A stretch of DNA of 64,000 nt from Okamejei kenojei (GCA_035221665.1 CM069147.1:14508001-14572000), one strand, 5' to 3'; positions 35,200 through 49,582 are shown, counted from the first letter of the stretch. The notes: generated from the sequence alone by a model not told the origin. Numbers and translations are program-made.

Positions 35200-36360
35200 G
35201 GATATGGATGTCTTGCTTCCACTTTAATACTTTTGGTTCTGAGATGGCTGACGAGTCCTATATGTGGGATCTGCAGACTCTGCCACATTAGAGGGAGACG
35301 ATGTTCGATGGGGCAAGTGGGGCGTCATTAAGGATATTTTGCATTCCTTCCACAGTTTGCTCTCAATCTTTGTGTGTGCTTCCATCCTGGAGATTTAAAA
35401 TGCTCACTGCCCCTCCTGGATAATTCATCTCCATTTTGAGTAGCCACTGGCCATGGCTTCTCACAAGTAGGTGCAGAGGTCACATTTTTCAAGGAAACTA
35501 TTAAAGCCTCCTTGAAGTGTTTTCTCTGCCTTCCTGGTGGAGCCTAGAGTGGAGTGCTTGCTTCGGAAGTCTGGTGTCAGCATGCTGATGATATGGCCCA
35601 ACCTCTGTAGCTGTCTCTGCTGTTCGACCAAAGGTTGCGTTGATGTATTGAAGGCGCTGGTGAATGTCATCATCAACATCTGCCTTTGCTGAAAGGTGGT
35701 TCCTGAGATATCGGAAGTAGTCCAAGATTTCCAGTGTCTCAAATTTAATCTTCATTGTGAGGGAAGTGGGAGAAGGGAAGGTCGTATTGAGCAGCACAGA
35801 TTGGTAGAATACTTTTATTCCAGGTGTTTAACATATAGTTCATAAGGTTAGCACAATAGTGCAGTGGTAGAGTTGGCGCCTTTGACCAGGGTTTAATCCT
35901 GACTACGGGTGCTGTCTGTATGGAGTTTGTACGCTCTCCCCTATGACTGCATGGGTTTTATTCGGGTGATCCGGTTTCCTCCTGCACTCCAAAGACGTTT
36001 GGGTTTGTAGGTTAATTGGATTTGGTAAAAATTGCAAATTGGCCCTCACGTGTGTTGGACAGTGCTAGTGTATGGGGCTGATCGCTGGTCGGTGCGGACT
36101 CAGTGGGCTGAAGGGCCTGTTTCCATGCTGTATCTCTAAAGTCCATCCTCTCATGGGCTTCTGTGAAACAGTCAACAATGGCTTGGATTACAGCCTCCAA
36201 GCTTGTAGATGCCCAGTATCACATGAGATCTGCAGAACGTTTCTAGAATCAATGTTATTCTGGAAGTTACCAAATCATTCAGCCACTATCTCAGGCCCGG
36301 AAGTCCTGTACGTCAGTTGTCAAATGGCTTTTTATTTCCAATCTCCTGCTGGGCTGGATT
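35200..36360 (-). mobile_element. Old RTE-like LINE remnant interrupted by a + strand HE1 SINE (~35850-36140)
   Basis: FETLEILDYFRYLRNHLSAKADVDDDIHQRL resembles RTE RT (FxYLGS...DxDIxxR). Confidence 0.55.
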
Positions 36361-37284
36361 AACGCTAAAAATTATGCTGCCGGATGAAGTCTTAAACATT
36401 TCCACGTCAAAGACAGTCTCAGTGGATCGCATGTATTGTCTTTCTGCTGACTGGTTAGTATGCAACAAAACGCTTTTCACTGCACCTCGGTACACGTGAC
36501 AATAAACTGAATTGACTGACTGACAGTGAGCAGACCTTCTACCCGCCCATGCTTGCCGGTGCTAACTATCTCCTTGACCACAATAATCTGTCCTCTGTCC
36601 TAGGATCTCAGTTAGGTCTCTGAGTATTTCGGGTTGTATGTGAATCTAAAGTAATGCATGCGAGAATACAAATTTAATTGTTCAAGGAATATTTCAAGAA
36701 CTATTCAGTTATATTGGAAAACATAGTCGCTTCGCTATCTTTTTTCTCATTGAAAATGAAAGGCACTTAAATAATTTGTAATAATCACAACTAGAATGAC
36801 ATGGCCTTCTGATTCACAATTTTCAATGCAAAGCATTTTTTCCAGTTATTTATGTTTGTAAATATTTCACATTGATACTCTTATACTGCAATACTAAAGC
36901 TAGCCACCTATGAGGATGAAAAACTCACTACGGACACATGGTGGAGCTGGTCAGGAAACCCATCTACATTAATATTGCAACCTATCACATCAATATTACA
37001 TTATTTATCCAGCTGGTGCTTCTGTTTGTTGTTAATTTATTTTGCATGTTGAATTTTATTTCTTGCCACACTAATATGTTGAAGCAATTAGTTAGAGCAT
37101 TTTGGGGATACAAAGAGATTTACGTAGAAATAGGTCATTTATTTTAGCCAACTTCATGAGATAGTCTTTTTTTTTTGTTTAAATCTTGATTTCAACCCCG
37201 TTGTAATGCTTTTAATGTAAACCCTGAGGTCTGCAGAAAAGGGTATTCAAAAATAAATACTGAAAATGCATAATATATCTTATT

Positions 37285-40260
37285 ATAGAAAAATAGAAAC
37301 ATAGAAAATAGGTGCAGGAGGAGGCCATTCGGCCCTTCGAGCCAGCACCGCCATTCATTGTGATCATGGCTGATCGTCCGCTATCAATAACCCGTGCCTG
37401 CCTTCTCCCCATATCCCTTGACTCCACTAGCCCCTAGAGCTCTATCCAACTCTCTCTTAAATCCATCCAGTGATTTGGCCTCCGCTGCCCTATGTGGCAG
37501 GGAATTCCATAAATTCACAACTCTCTGGGTAAAAAAGTTTTTTCTCACCTTTAAGACTAAATGACCTCCCCTTTATTCTAAGGCTGTGGCCCCTGGTTCT
37601 GGACTCACCCAACATTGGGAACATTTTTCCTGCATCTAGCTTGTCCAGTCCTTTTATAATTTTATATGTTTCTATAAGATCCCCCTCATCCTTCTAAACT
37701 CCAGTGATAACAAGCCTAGTCTTTTCAATCTTTCCTCATATGACAGTCCCGCCATCCCAGGGATCAATCTCGTGAACCTACGCTGCACTGCCTCAATCAC
37801 AAGGATGTCCTTCCTCAAATTAGGAGACCAAAACTGTACACAATACTCCAGATGTGGTCTCACGAGATCCCTATACAACTGCAGAAGAACCTCTTTACTC
37901 CTGTACTGAAATCCTCCTGTTATGAAGGCTAACATTCCATTAGCTTTCTTCACTGCCTGCTGTACCTGCACGCCAACTTTCAGTGACCAGTGTACAAGGA
38001 CACCCAGGTTTCGCTGTACCTCCCCCTTACCTAGCCTAACCCCATTGAGATAATAATCTGCCACCTTGATATTGCCGCCAAAGTGGATAACCTCACATTT
38101 ATCTATATTATACTGCATCTGCCCACTCACTCAACCTGTCCAGGTCCCCCTGCAACCACCTAACATTCTCTTCACAGTTCACACTGCCACCCATCTTTGT
38201 GTCATCCGCAAACTTGCTAGTGTTGCTCCTAATCCCCTCTTCCAAATCATTAATATATGGTAAACAGTTGCGGCCCCAGCACCTAGCCTTGCGGCACTCC
38301 ACTCGCCACTGCCTGCCATTCTGAAAAGGACCCGTTCACTCTTACTCTTTGCTTCCAGTCTGCCAACCAATTTTCTATCCATGTCAACAGCCTACCCCCA
38401 ATACCATGTGCTCTAATTTTAGTCACCAGTCTCCCGTGCGGCACCTTATCAAAGGTTTTCTGAAAGTCTAGATCCACTGGCACCCCTTCATCCATTTTAC
38501 TTGTCACATCCTCAAAAAATTCCAGAAGATTAGTCAAGCATGACTTCCCTTTCATAAATCCATGTTGACTTGGACTAATCCTATTACTGCTATCCAAATG
38601 CTGCGTTATTACCTCTTTAATAATTGACTCCAGCATCTTTCCCACCACCGGTCAGGCTAACTGGTCTGTAATTCCCCGTTTTCTCTCTCGCTCCTTTCTT
38701 GAAGAGTGGGATAACATTAGCTATCCTCCAATCCACAGGAACTGATCCTGAATCTATTGAACATTGGAAAATGATCACCAATGCGTCCACTATTTCTAGA
38801 GCCACCTCCCTGAGGACCCTGGGATGCAGACCATCAGGCCCAGGGGATTTATCATCCTTCAGTCCCATTAGCCTACCCAATACTATTTCTCACCTAATGA
38901 AAATTTCTTTCAGTTCCTCTACCCCCTTAGATCTTCTATCCTCCAGTACATCTGGGAGATTGTTTGTGTCCTCCTTTGTGAAGACAGATCCGAAGTACCT
39001 ATTCAACTCTTCTGGCATTTCCTTGTTGCCCATAATTATTTCACCCGTGTCTGCCTTCAAGGGACCCACATTTGACTTTGTTACTTTTTTTCCCTTAACA
39101 TATCTTAAGAAGCTTTTACTGTCCTTCTTTATATTCCTGGCCAGTTTCCCCTCATACTTCATCTTTTCAGCCCGTATTGCCGTTTTGTTGTCCTATGAAA
39201 GTTTCCCAGTCCTCTGGCTTCCGGCTACTCTTTGCTGTGTTATACATCTTTTCTTTTAGTTTTATTCTATCCCTAACTTCTCTTGTCAGCCACGGTTGCC
39301 TCCTACTCCCCTTAGAATCTTTCTTCCTTTTTGGAATGAAATGATCCTGCGTCTTCCGGATTATGCCCAGAAATTCCTGCCATTGCTGTTCCACCGTCAT
39401 TCCTGCTAGGATCCCTTTCCAGTCTACTTTGGCCAGCTCCCCTCTCATGCCTTCATAGTCCCCTTTGTTCAACTGCATCACTGCCACTTCCGATTTAACG
39501 TTCTCCTTCTCAAATTGCAGATTAAAACTAATCATATTATGATCACTACCTCCAAGCGGTTCCTTTACCTCGAGTTCTCTTATCATATCTGGTTCATTGG
39601 ACAACACTAAATCCAGAATTGCCTTTTCTCTGGTCAGCTCCATTACGAGCTGCTCTAAGAATCCATCTCGGAGGCATTCTACAAACTCTCTTTCTTGGGG
39701 TCCTGAACCAACCTGATTTTCCCAGTCTACCTACATATTGAAATCCCCCATCACCACAGTGGCATTACCTTTGTTACATGCCAGTTTTAACTCCTGTTGC
39801 AACTTACACCCTGCACCCGGGCTACTATTTGGGGGTCTGTAAATAACACCAATTAGTGTCTTCTTGCCTTTACAATTCCTCAACTCAATCCACAGTGACT
39901 CTACCTCGTCAGTCCGTATGTCTTCCCTCGCAAGGGACTGAATTCCATCCCTCACCAGCAGAGCTACCCATCCTCCTCTGCCCACCTGCCTGTCCTTTCT
40001 ATAGGATGTATAACCCTGAATATTAAGTTCCCAGGCCCGATCCTCCTGCAGCCACGTCTCAGTAATCCCCACAATGTCATATCTACCAACCGCTAACTGA
40101 GCCTCAAGCTCATCTACTTTACTTCTTATACTTCGCGCATTCATATACAATACTTTTAATTCCTTACGCATCTCACCTTTCACATCAATCCCTATTACAC
40201 TTGGCCATACTCTCCTATCCCTTTGTGAGCTTCCTTTCCCGTTAATTATGGGGTCATTAA
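37285..40260 (-). mobile_element. CR1 LINE, second subfamily, near-complete ORF2 with disablements
   Basis: ORFs 39731..40183 (EN), 39167..39643, 38890..39162, 38617..38880, 38283..38648 and 37672..38130; (tttctat)n tail. Confidence 0.95.
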
Positions 40261-40294
40261 CTTGGACTAATTATACATTACTTGGACTAATTAC

Positions 40295-40520
40295 AGAGAC
40301 ACAAGAAACTACAGGTGCGGGAATCTTGAACAAAACACAAGGCGCTGGAGGAACTCAGTGAGTCCGATAAGCATCTGTCGAGGACATGGAGTTGCAACCT
40401 TTTAGATCGGGCCCTTCTTCACACTAATAAGGCAGAGGGTTGAAAGCTAGAAGGGAGAGATGGCGGCAGAACAAATCCTGGCAAATAATAGGTGGATACG
40501 GGTGAAGGGGGCTTGATTAT
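40295..40520 (-). mobile_element. Hammerhead-type repeat, degenerate
   Basis: cacaagaaactacaggtgcgggaatc...ggcccttcttcacact. Confidence 0.55.
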
Positions 40521-42409
40521 CAGGTGGGTTACATAATTACATGTGGTTGCAGACTTTAAAGGTATAGAAATTTGTAAAATAATTTTTTGTATCGAAGTTC
40601 TTTTGAACATTCTAATTCCTAACATCTTATATTTGAACTTCCTTTTAAATAACAGTTTCTGGCTTTTAGCTATATGGATAATTAATTCTATGGATGTTTT
40701 AAGACAATAAGAGTTTGTACAAAAATTATAAAAAGTTCTTTCTCTAATAAATATAAATTACTATAGAGCTTGTACTTAGGCTGTGTTTACTATACATGTT
40801 TGAAATCCAGAAATAAAGTCACCAGATCTTAAAAACTGGAACTGTATTACTTCCAGGTTTTCATATTTGTTCTATCTACCTACTAACAATTAGGATAACA
40901 TTTGTATTTCCGTAATCCTCTGTGTAACACCCGTGACTGTTTGTTATTGCGCTGTACAATGCTTGAATGGTTCTAGCTGTAAACATAATCTCACTGTATA
41001 CAAGGGTCAAAGCCAAGTGCCAATGATACATCTGAACAACTTGCTGAAACTGGTCACTTTTAAAGTGAGTGTTGATAGGAATTGATTATAATTCTCCCAG
41101 TATCCAGCTATCACCCTCTGTGTACGTCCACTATTGTTAATCTCAATTAAATCCTTCAAACTGTGTAGGCAAATTGGAGCCAAGATTAACAACCAGGACT
41201 GAATGGGTAAACAACTGTTGAGACAATAGGGAAATTCCAAATTACCACAAGTGACTAATGATAAACGCATAATAAAGCTTTTCGTTGTCCCACCATGGTT
41301 ATTTCTTGTTCTCCCTGCTTATATGTAGCAGATGGTACAGAAGCTTGAAAGTAGGCGCCGCCAGACTCAGGAACAGTTTCTTCCAGAAGCTAGGGTACTG
41401 TCTGATTCACCTCTGCTCCATTGTGAACATAAGACCTTCTCTATATAACAGTTGTGCTGCAATGCTGAGAATGATATCTTGCACTCTGTGTGTCCCCCTT
41501 TGCTCTCTATCTATTATACTTGTTTGATTTGATTATATAGTATTTATGTATGGATCATCTGATCTGTTTGGATAGCATGCAAAACAAAGCTTTACACTGT
41601 ACTGCGGTAAATGAGACAATAATAAATCTACATCTAATTTGGAAGAGGTTATTTATTTAGATAAAGTAGCTACAGCAAAGTCAAGTATGCATCCTTTCCA
41701 ACTCATTCTCTGCCCAAAGTGGAACCACCACACTGATTCTGCCACACATGCAAAATGCTTTAAGTTAACATGAAGGTGGCTGGCCATTCGATTCTGCAAT
41801 ATTATTAAAAACAACAGAGGCAATCGTGTGAGCTGCTTTGGCAAATTTCAACTTTTTTGCTTCAGAGTTTGAAGTGCCTCCATTAGGTTTTCTGCAGAAT
41901 TAAGGTGCTGGGAATCACAATCACAATACTACTTTATTAGCCAAGTATGTTTTGCAACATACGAGGAATTTCATTTGCCAAGTCACATACAAATAAACAG
42001 CAATAGAACACACAAAAAACACATTTTAACATAAACAGAGAGAAGTATGGCACTATCTATCATTTATTCCGAGCTATCATACCCATGTTGTCTCAATTGG
42101 ATCAGTTGGGAGTACCAACTTTTCATAGAGGTGATTATAGATTTTATCCCTACACAAAAGAGATTTGGGAATCTAATCGATACTGACACTTTAAGGTACA
42201 CTAAACGTCTGCTGGGTCATGCTATTCTGAGGCCCGAACTGCCTCAAGAGAAAGATGTAAAATATCTTCCGTTCTCCAGTCAGTATTAAGCCTTCAACCA
42301 AATCAAGACAAAAGTTGGCCTTTTATTTCACTAATGTTTCTGGTCAATGGCTGCAACCTTCTTGCCATGATTCCTACCGTATTTTAGCGACCACACATCA
42401 GGAGTACTT

Positions 42410-42778
42410 CATAAGTTCATAAGTTCTAGGAGCAGAATTAGGACATTTGGTCCATCTAGTCTACCCCACCATTCAATCATGGCTGATCTATCTTTCCCTC
42501 TCAACCCCATTCTCCTGCCTTCTCCCCATAAACCCTGACACCCTTACTAATCAAGAATCTGTCAATCTCCTCCATAAAAATATCCCTTGAATTGGCCTCC
42601 ACAATCGACTGTAGTAATTAATTCCACAGATTCACTACCCTCTGACTAAATAAATTCTTCCTCAATTCCTTTCTAAAGGTACGTCCTTTTATTTTGAGGC
42701 TATGCATCTGGTCTTGGACTCTCCCACTAGTGGAAACATCCTCTCCACATTCACTCTATCTTGGCCTTTCACTATTCA
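42410..42778 (-). mobile_element. CR1/HER1 3' fragment
   Basis: cataagttcataag tail; attcaatcatggctgatc. Confidence 0.8.
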
Positions 42779-42848
42779 CTATATTTTGGTACATCTTATC
42801 ACGGTTCATATTTGATACATCTAATCAATAAAAGTCTTTACTGGCTAA

Positions 42849-42945
42849 GGTACACAAAAATGCTGGAGAAACTCAGCGGGTGCAGCAGCATCTATGGAAC
42901 GAAGGAGATAGGCAACGTTTCAGGCCGAAACCTTTCATCAGACTC
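42849..42945 (-). ncRNA. Hammerhead-type repeat with intact minimal core in FHOD-sense orientation (putative)
   Basis: Minus strand agtCTGATGAaaggtttcggcctGAAAcgttgcc (42911-42944). Confidence 0.55.
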
Positions 42946-44424
42946 ACTATGTTAACCACAGAATGAAATTAATTGTACATGGAGGGGGCTAATGCTAAGA
43001 TATTGTAGCACAAGGCTGATCATAATAGAAAGATATTTTTCTATAAACTGCAAAGAATAGCCCGTAGAAATGGGTTAATACTTTACACCACTGGTTCCAA
43101 TCATAATTTTCTAAGTTCCAATTCTATAAAGTGTATGTTGGCTAAATACAACAGCTTTAGGCACATACCATGGTTTCAGAATCGTTTGGCACCAATGCAG
43201 TCTCCTAAAATGTATTTATTCTCAATGCCCGAGCCATTACTCACATCTTCAAAACTTATTCACCACAAGTGTTATGAATATTTGCTCCTTCAGAGCAGCT
43301 GCAAAACTAGTAACCATGATGTAAAGGAAAACAGCATTGTTTTTTAAGTAATCTGTGCCTCAATGAAATTCACCACACTTATCGCTGCAAAAGCAAACTG
43401 AACATTACATTAATTTGTTACGGGAGAAATGATGATGCACAAACAGAAGAAAAGGAGAAATGATTCTCCCACCAGTAAGGGAATTAATCCTACCAACAGA
43501 AGTTCAAATTAATCTTTAAAACAGCAGGTAACTGTATGTCAATGGGGAGTTTGAAGATCCAACTTGATTTATGGAGATGCGAGGAACTGCCTTTGTTGGA
43601 ATCGTGAGCAAAACACAAAGTGCTGGAGGAGCTCAACAGGTCAGGCATTGTCACACATTCCTCCACAGATGTTGCCTGACCTGCTGGGTTTTGTAGCTTG
43701 ATATATGCCCCAATACATGACAGTTGTACTGGTGACAGTAGATACTAAAGTGAGTGAAAAAAGACAACATGGGAGGTGGGGGTGGGGGGGAAATGAAGAG
43801 TCAAAAGGTCATGTAGCTGGAGAAAAACAAAGTGCAACAAATTTAAACCATTCATTATATTCCAATAACAACCTTGCATTGATCAATTAAAAAAAAACAG
43901 AATTAATCTGGAGCCGTTGTGTTATGTGATGTGATCTCAGCTATTTATTATTGGTAATAGGGGGCTGAGCTCGAGTTGCCTCAGTGATTCCAGGCTAAAA
44001 ATTGAATTATACGGCCTGGGTTCTTATGTCCAATTACAACACACACAGTGCACTTGGGAAGGTCATATGCTGCTGCTGGACTTTAAAGCCTGTTAACACG
44101 TAATCTCAGTGATGATGTGAAAAATAAGTGTTTCGACAAAAATCTGGACGGCAGCTAGATTTACGGAAATCAAAAAAATATCAAATGGGCAAAGTTTGTG
44201 CAATTAAATGTTTTGGGTTGTTTCTGAGAACATCATGTTCTGAAGCCAACCAGAAAGCAGTCTATACTAGACTGTGCTGTCCATAAAATGGCATTATTTA
44301 ATGGCCTCATCATGAAGGCATCCCGAAGTAACGATGACTGAATTTTGCATTCAGTGTGGGTGAAAGAAGAATGGGCACAAGACCCTGAGAACAGTTTTTT
44401 TCTGGAATGGATGAGAATAAAGAA

Positions 44425-45185
44425 GGCATGTGGATAAGAATGTTCCAGGCATGATAAGTAAGTTTGGAGATGATACAAAAGTGGGTGGTATTATAAGTGG
44501 TGAAGATAGTTATAAAAAATCGCAGCAGGACCTTGATCAGTTGGGTAAGTGGGCCGAGGAATGGTTAATAGAGTTTAATGCATTTTGGGAAGTCAAACTG
44601 CAGCAGAACCTTCACAGTAAATGGGGAGTGTGGTAGAGCAGAGGGATCTAGTCGAAGTACATCGTGCTGTAAAAGTGGCATCACAGGTGGATAGGGTGGT
44701 CAAGAAGGTTTTCGATGCATTGGCTTTCAACAGGGCATTGAGTGTAGAAGTTGCGATGTTATTTTAATGTTGATCAAGACACTGTGAGCGTGCATTTGGA
44801 GAATTGTGTTCAGTTTTGGTCACATTGCTACAGGAAGGATGTTGTTAAGCTGAAAAGAGTGCAGAGAAGATATACAAACATGTTGCCAAGACTTAAGGGT
44901 CAGATCTATAGGGAGAGGCTATGTAGGATAGGACTTTATTCCTTGGAGCGCAGGAGGCTGAGGGGTGATCTTATAGAGGTGCATAAGATCATGAGGGGAA
45001 TAGACAGGATGAATGCAGGAGTCTTTTACCCAGAGTAGGTTCATGGACAGGTACATGGACAGGAAAGGTTTAGAGGGACGTAGGCCAAATGCAGGCAGGT
45101 GGGACTAGTGTAGATGGGGCATCTTGGACAACATAGGCAGTTGGGCCAAAGGGTCTGTTTCCGTGCTGTATAACTCTATGACTGT
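44425..45185 (+). mobile_element. Old CR1 LINE 3' portion
   Basis: ISKFGDDTKVGG; LENCVQFWS; RRRLRGDLIEV. Confidence 0.85.
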
Positions 45186-45298
45186 AATTGGAAGAGGGGA
45201 AAAAGCTCTGAAAATTACAATCACCAGGGCAAGGGTACTGAGCAAATTGCTGGAGCTGCGGGCTGATTTGTCAGTGTCCCAGTGGACTCCATGCTGAA

Positions 45299-46624
45299 AT
45301 CCTAAAGACCAGGGAGATAACTGATGCATTGGTTTTAATTATCTGAAATTCACTGCATTGGGGGAAGGTTCCGTGAGGTAGAAAAATAGGAAGAGTAATT
45401 CCTTTAATCATGAAACTATAGGTTATCACAATGGTCATAAGGAAAATGTAGGAAACTATTATTAAAGACATAATAAAAAGCAACTGGGAAGCAAAATCTA
45501 ATTTATTATCACTTATTTCCTGTAAACCTGCATTGCTTTCTCCAGTTTGCAGTGACTCGTATTCAATTCATCAGCATGAATTAATAACTGGCACCATCAG
45601 CATTTATAAACTGACCTCATTATTTTTTATGGACGGGTTTTCTAACACTTGGTTAATGCACACAGGGGTGACGCGATGGGAAAACAACAAATGTTTTCCA
45701 TTTCTTTTTATTGCCAAGCAATCAGCCAGGTTGCAATGTGCAACAGTTCAACGATGAAACACCAACTAGCCCTGGCATGCACAAATCAATGCAGAGCATA
45801 GTGCAATATGCTTCCCAGTGGCTTTCTATTATGTCTTCAATAAAAATGTCCAACATTTTTTTATGTTATGATAACCTACAGTTTCTTGATTCCTCTCTCC
45901 TTTTTTTTTGATTATACGAATTACTCTTCCTATTTTTCTACCCCATGGAACTTAAACATAGAAACATAGAAAATAGGTGCAGGAGGTGGCCCTTCGAGCC
46001 AGCACTGCTATTCATTGCGATCATGGCTGATCATCCCCTATCAATAATCCGTGCCTCCCTTCTCCCCATATCCCTTGACTCCACTAGCCCCTAGAGCTTT
46101 ATCTAACTCTCTCTTAAATCCATCCAGTGACATGGCCTCCACTGCCCTCTGTGGCAGGGAATTCCATAAATTCACAACTCTCCGGGTGAAAACGTTTTTT
46201 CTCACCTCAGTCTAAATGACCTCCCCTTTATTCTAAGACTGTGGCCCCTGGTTCTGGACTCGCCCCACATTGGGAATATTTTTCCTGCATCCAGCTTGTC
46301 CAGTCCTTTTATAATTTTATATGTTTCTATAAGATTCCCCCTCATCCTTCTAAACTCCAGTGAATACAAGCCTAGTCTTTTCAATCTTTCCTCATATGAC
46401 AGTCCCGCCATCCCAGGGATCAATCTCGTGAACCTACGCTGCACTGCCTCAATCACAAGGATGTCCTTCCTCCAATTAGGAGACCAAAACTGTACACAAT
46501 ACTCCAGATGTGGTCTCACGAGAGCCCTATACAACTGCAGAAGAAATTGCAGAACTTTCCCACAATACAGTGAATTTCAGAAAATTAAAACCAATGCATC
46601 AGTTATCTCCCTAGTCTTTAAGAT
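45299..46624. mobile_element. Foldback/MITE with ~200-bp diverged inverted arms; right arm split by CR1
   Basis: 45299-45497 is the reverse complement of 45806-45953 plus 46552-46624. Confidence 0.75.
45954..46551 (-). mobile_element. CR1 LINE 3' portion with TSD gaactt
   Basis: ORF 46202..46534; aaacatagaaacatag tail; gaactt on both sides. Confidence 0.9.
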
Positions 46625-46745
46625 GTGAGGAAAAAGCAGGAAAAGGGGTACTGATTTTAGATGATCAGCCATGATCATATTGAATGGCAGTGCTGGCTCG
46701 AATGGCTGAATGGCCTACTCCTGCACTTATTTTTCTACGTTTCTA
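46625..46745 (+). mobile_element. CR1 3' UTR fragment
   Basis: gatgatcagccatgatcatattgaatggc...ctcctgcac. Confidence 0.75.
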
Positions 46746-47239
46746 GGTTTAACATATCTCTATCTCCATGCAAGGCACAGAAGCACACTGCCTGTTTGAA
46801 AGCACTCTCCATGCTTGCCTCCTTCCTCTTTGAAACATCGACCTTTTCAGGCGTCTGTCCAATTCCCTCAGAAAATTAGTGAATCTGCATCTGCCACTCT
46901 TTCAGGCAGTACATTCCACATCATAACAACTGCATGTAACTTCCGATTTGATACTGTCCAGGCTTCATTAGATGCAAACCAGAAAATAATTATTTTGGAA
47001 TTTCAACAAAAAATGTAGGATATATCTAATTACAAATGGCATCTTTGTTAATATTTAACTTTTGTGCCTGTATTTTTATTTTTCATGTTTATAATCATTT
47101 TTTCTAGGAGTCAAAGATCACTGCAGGGTCAAGCCATGAAAATGTTATATAATCTATCAATTTTTTCAAGTAATTAAAGTGCAGCAAACTGCCTGCCTGG
47201 AGATTCCTTCCAATGTGGTTTGTTGAGCGCTGCACATTA

Positions 47240-48570
47240 AACATAGAGCATAGAACAATACAAAACGAGAACAGATCCTTCATCTCACAATGTCCATGTG
47301 AAACACGATACCGTTAAACTAATCTCCTCTGCCTTTGTGCGATCCATATCGATCCATTTCCCACATACCTGTAACCATGTTCTGATCTAAAAGCATCTTA
47401 AATGCCACTATGTGACCTACATCCATCAGTAAAGGGCCTGTTCCACTTTCCCGAGCTGCTCACGAATTCTCCCGAGTTTTCCCCTTAATTCAAACTCGGA
47501 GAATGTTCGTAATGGGCCCGTAGGAGGCCGCAAGAGTCCGTAGATATATTGTAGAGGCTCGTTATGGCAGCCATAGGTGCTCAGGGCATTAAATGTTGCA
47601 ATTTTTTCTCCTGCCGACTATCTTTTTACTCGTGGACATTTTTTGTCATGCTGGAAAAAACGTCCTGACTTACCTGATGCCCCGAGTACCTACGGCTGAC
47701 ATAACGAGCCGCTATGATAAATCTACGGACTCCTACGGATCCGTTACGAACATTTTCCGAGTTTGAATCAAGGGGAAAACTCGGGAGAATTCGTAAGCAG
47801 CTCGGGAAAGTGGAACAGGCCCTTTACCCTGCAAGGCATTCCAGGCACCCATCACTTACTTTGTGAAAAAAACTTACCCAGCACATCTTCTTTAAACTTT
47901 CCCCATCTGACCTTAAAATTATGTCCTCTCAACTTTGACATTTCAACCCTGGGACACATGTTCTGACTATCTACCCTAACTAATCCCTGTCACAATTTTA
48001 TATATTTCTATTAGGTCTCCTCCTTCAACATCTGGCTCTCCAGAGAAAAACAATCCAAGTTTGTTCAACCTCTCTTGGAAGCCATTACCACCAAATCCAA
48101 CTAATACCATATAATCAAGGAAGCATTCTGGTAAACTTTTACTGCACCCTCCGCAAAGCCTCCACTTACTTGGATTAAACTACATCTGCCTCTTCCCTGA
48201 CCATATCTATAACTGACCCAATATTTCCTTTGACAGCCTTCCTCACTGTCTGCTACTCCATCAATCTTGGTGACATCTGGAAACATACTAACTAACCCAT
48301 CTACATTTACGTACAAGTAATTTATTTATATCTTAAACAACAGAGATCCCAACACAGACCACTGCGGAACATTACTGGTCACAGACCTCCAGCCATAATT
48401 TCACTCGTCCACCACTACCCTCTGTCTTTTGTGGGTAAGCCAGTTCTGAATCACAGTGGATCCCATGGATTTTAATCTTCTGGCTCAGCCTACACGAGGG
48501 ACTCTATCAAATGCCATAGAGACACCATCAACGACCCCAAGCAATCACCTTCATCACCTCCTCAAAACCA
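47240..48570 (-). mobile_element. Old CR1 LINE remnant hosting a MITE
   Basis: GLVSMFPDVTKIDGVADSEEGC is a degenerate FADDTKIGG region. Confidence 0.7.
47433..47823. mobile_element. PIF/Harbinger-type MITE
   Basis: Long TIR agggcctgttccactttcccgagctgct / agcagctcgggaaagtggaacaggccct; flanks TAA and TTA. Confidence 0.85.
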
Positions 48571-48729
48571 TATAGAGACAACGGTTAAAATTATCACATG
48601 GTATAGGGAGGTTCCAAGGTCTATATTTGAAATACTCTGAATAGCAATACACAGCAAAATGGGAAGGAGGTGAAAATATTATTTCCTCTCCTCACGTTTT
48701 CAACTATCTGTACTTTCTTATAAGTTTAA

Positions 48730-49330
48730 AAAGATTCAGCGTGCCACCAAATCCTCTCACATGTTTCTACAGATGTACTGCAGAAAGTGTCCTGACTAGT
48801 GGTGCCATGCCCTGGTACGATAATTCCAATGCACAGGAACTGGCAAAAGGCTGAAGCGCTCAGATGCTCCATTACGGGCACAGCCCTCCCCAGCCAAGTA
48901 GGCACCATCTATCGTCACGGATCTCCACCATCTGGATAAAGCTCTCTTCTTGCCACTACCATCAGTTAGGAGGTACAGAAACCTGAAGTCGCCCACCACC
49001 TTGTTCAGGGACAGCTACTTTCCTACAACTATCAAGTTCATGCACTAACTTCCACAATCTTAATCCCAATCCCAACCCATCAACACCATGACAGCCTCCT
49101 GCACTACCATGGACTTGTTCTTTTTAACTAATTGTGTTTCGGACAGTTTTTTTTTTGAGACTCTTTTCCTGTTTACTGTCTTGCCGAATTTAAGTGTATT
49201 TTATGTATCATTTATGTTTTTTGTATGTTATGTGAGTGATATGCCTGTGATGCTGATGCAAGCCAGATTTTCATTGCACCTCAACTTTACCGTCCTTGAA
49301 CATATGACAATAACCTCGACTTGACTTCAC
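48730..49330 (+). mobile_element. Rex1/Babar-like LINE 3' remnant
   Basis: Degenerate FYRCT.ESVLT..WY and LPS.RRYR.L...FRDSYFP; tail gacaataacctcgacttgacttcac. Confidence 0.6.
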
Positions 49331-49582
49331 TTGCTGTAACAAGATATGTAGACTATTTCTGTAAATAGAACAGTGCTTGTTTCTTCAATAATTAGTTTTC
49401 ACTTCCTCATAGGCTCCTAGATTTACAATCGAATGACCTCGCTCAAGTGATATATGTCAGGGGGACTAAGTGGAAAAAAAAACTATGATTCATCTCACAT
49501 CATGGATCTGAAACATTAACTCTGTTTCTCTCTTCACAGATGCTACCTGACAGTATTTTCCATGTTCATTTCTTGAGGATAA

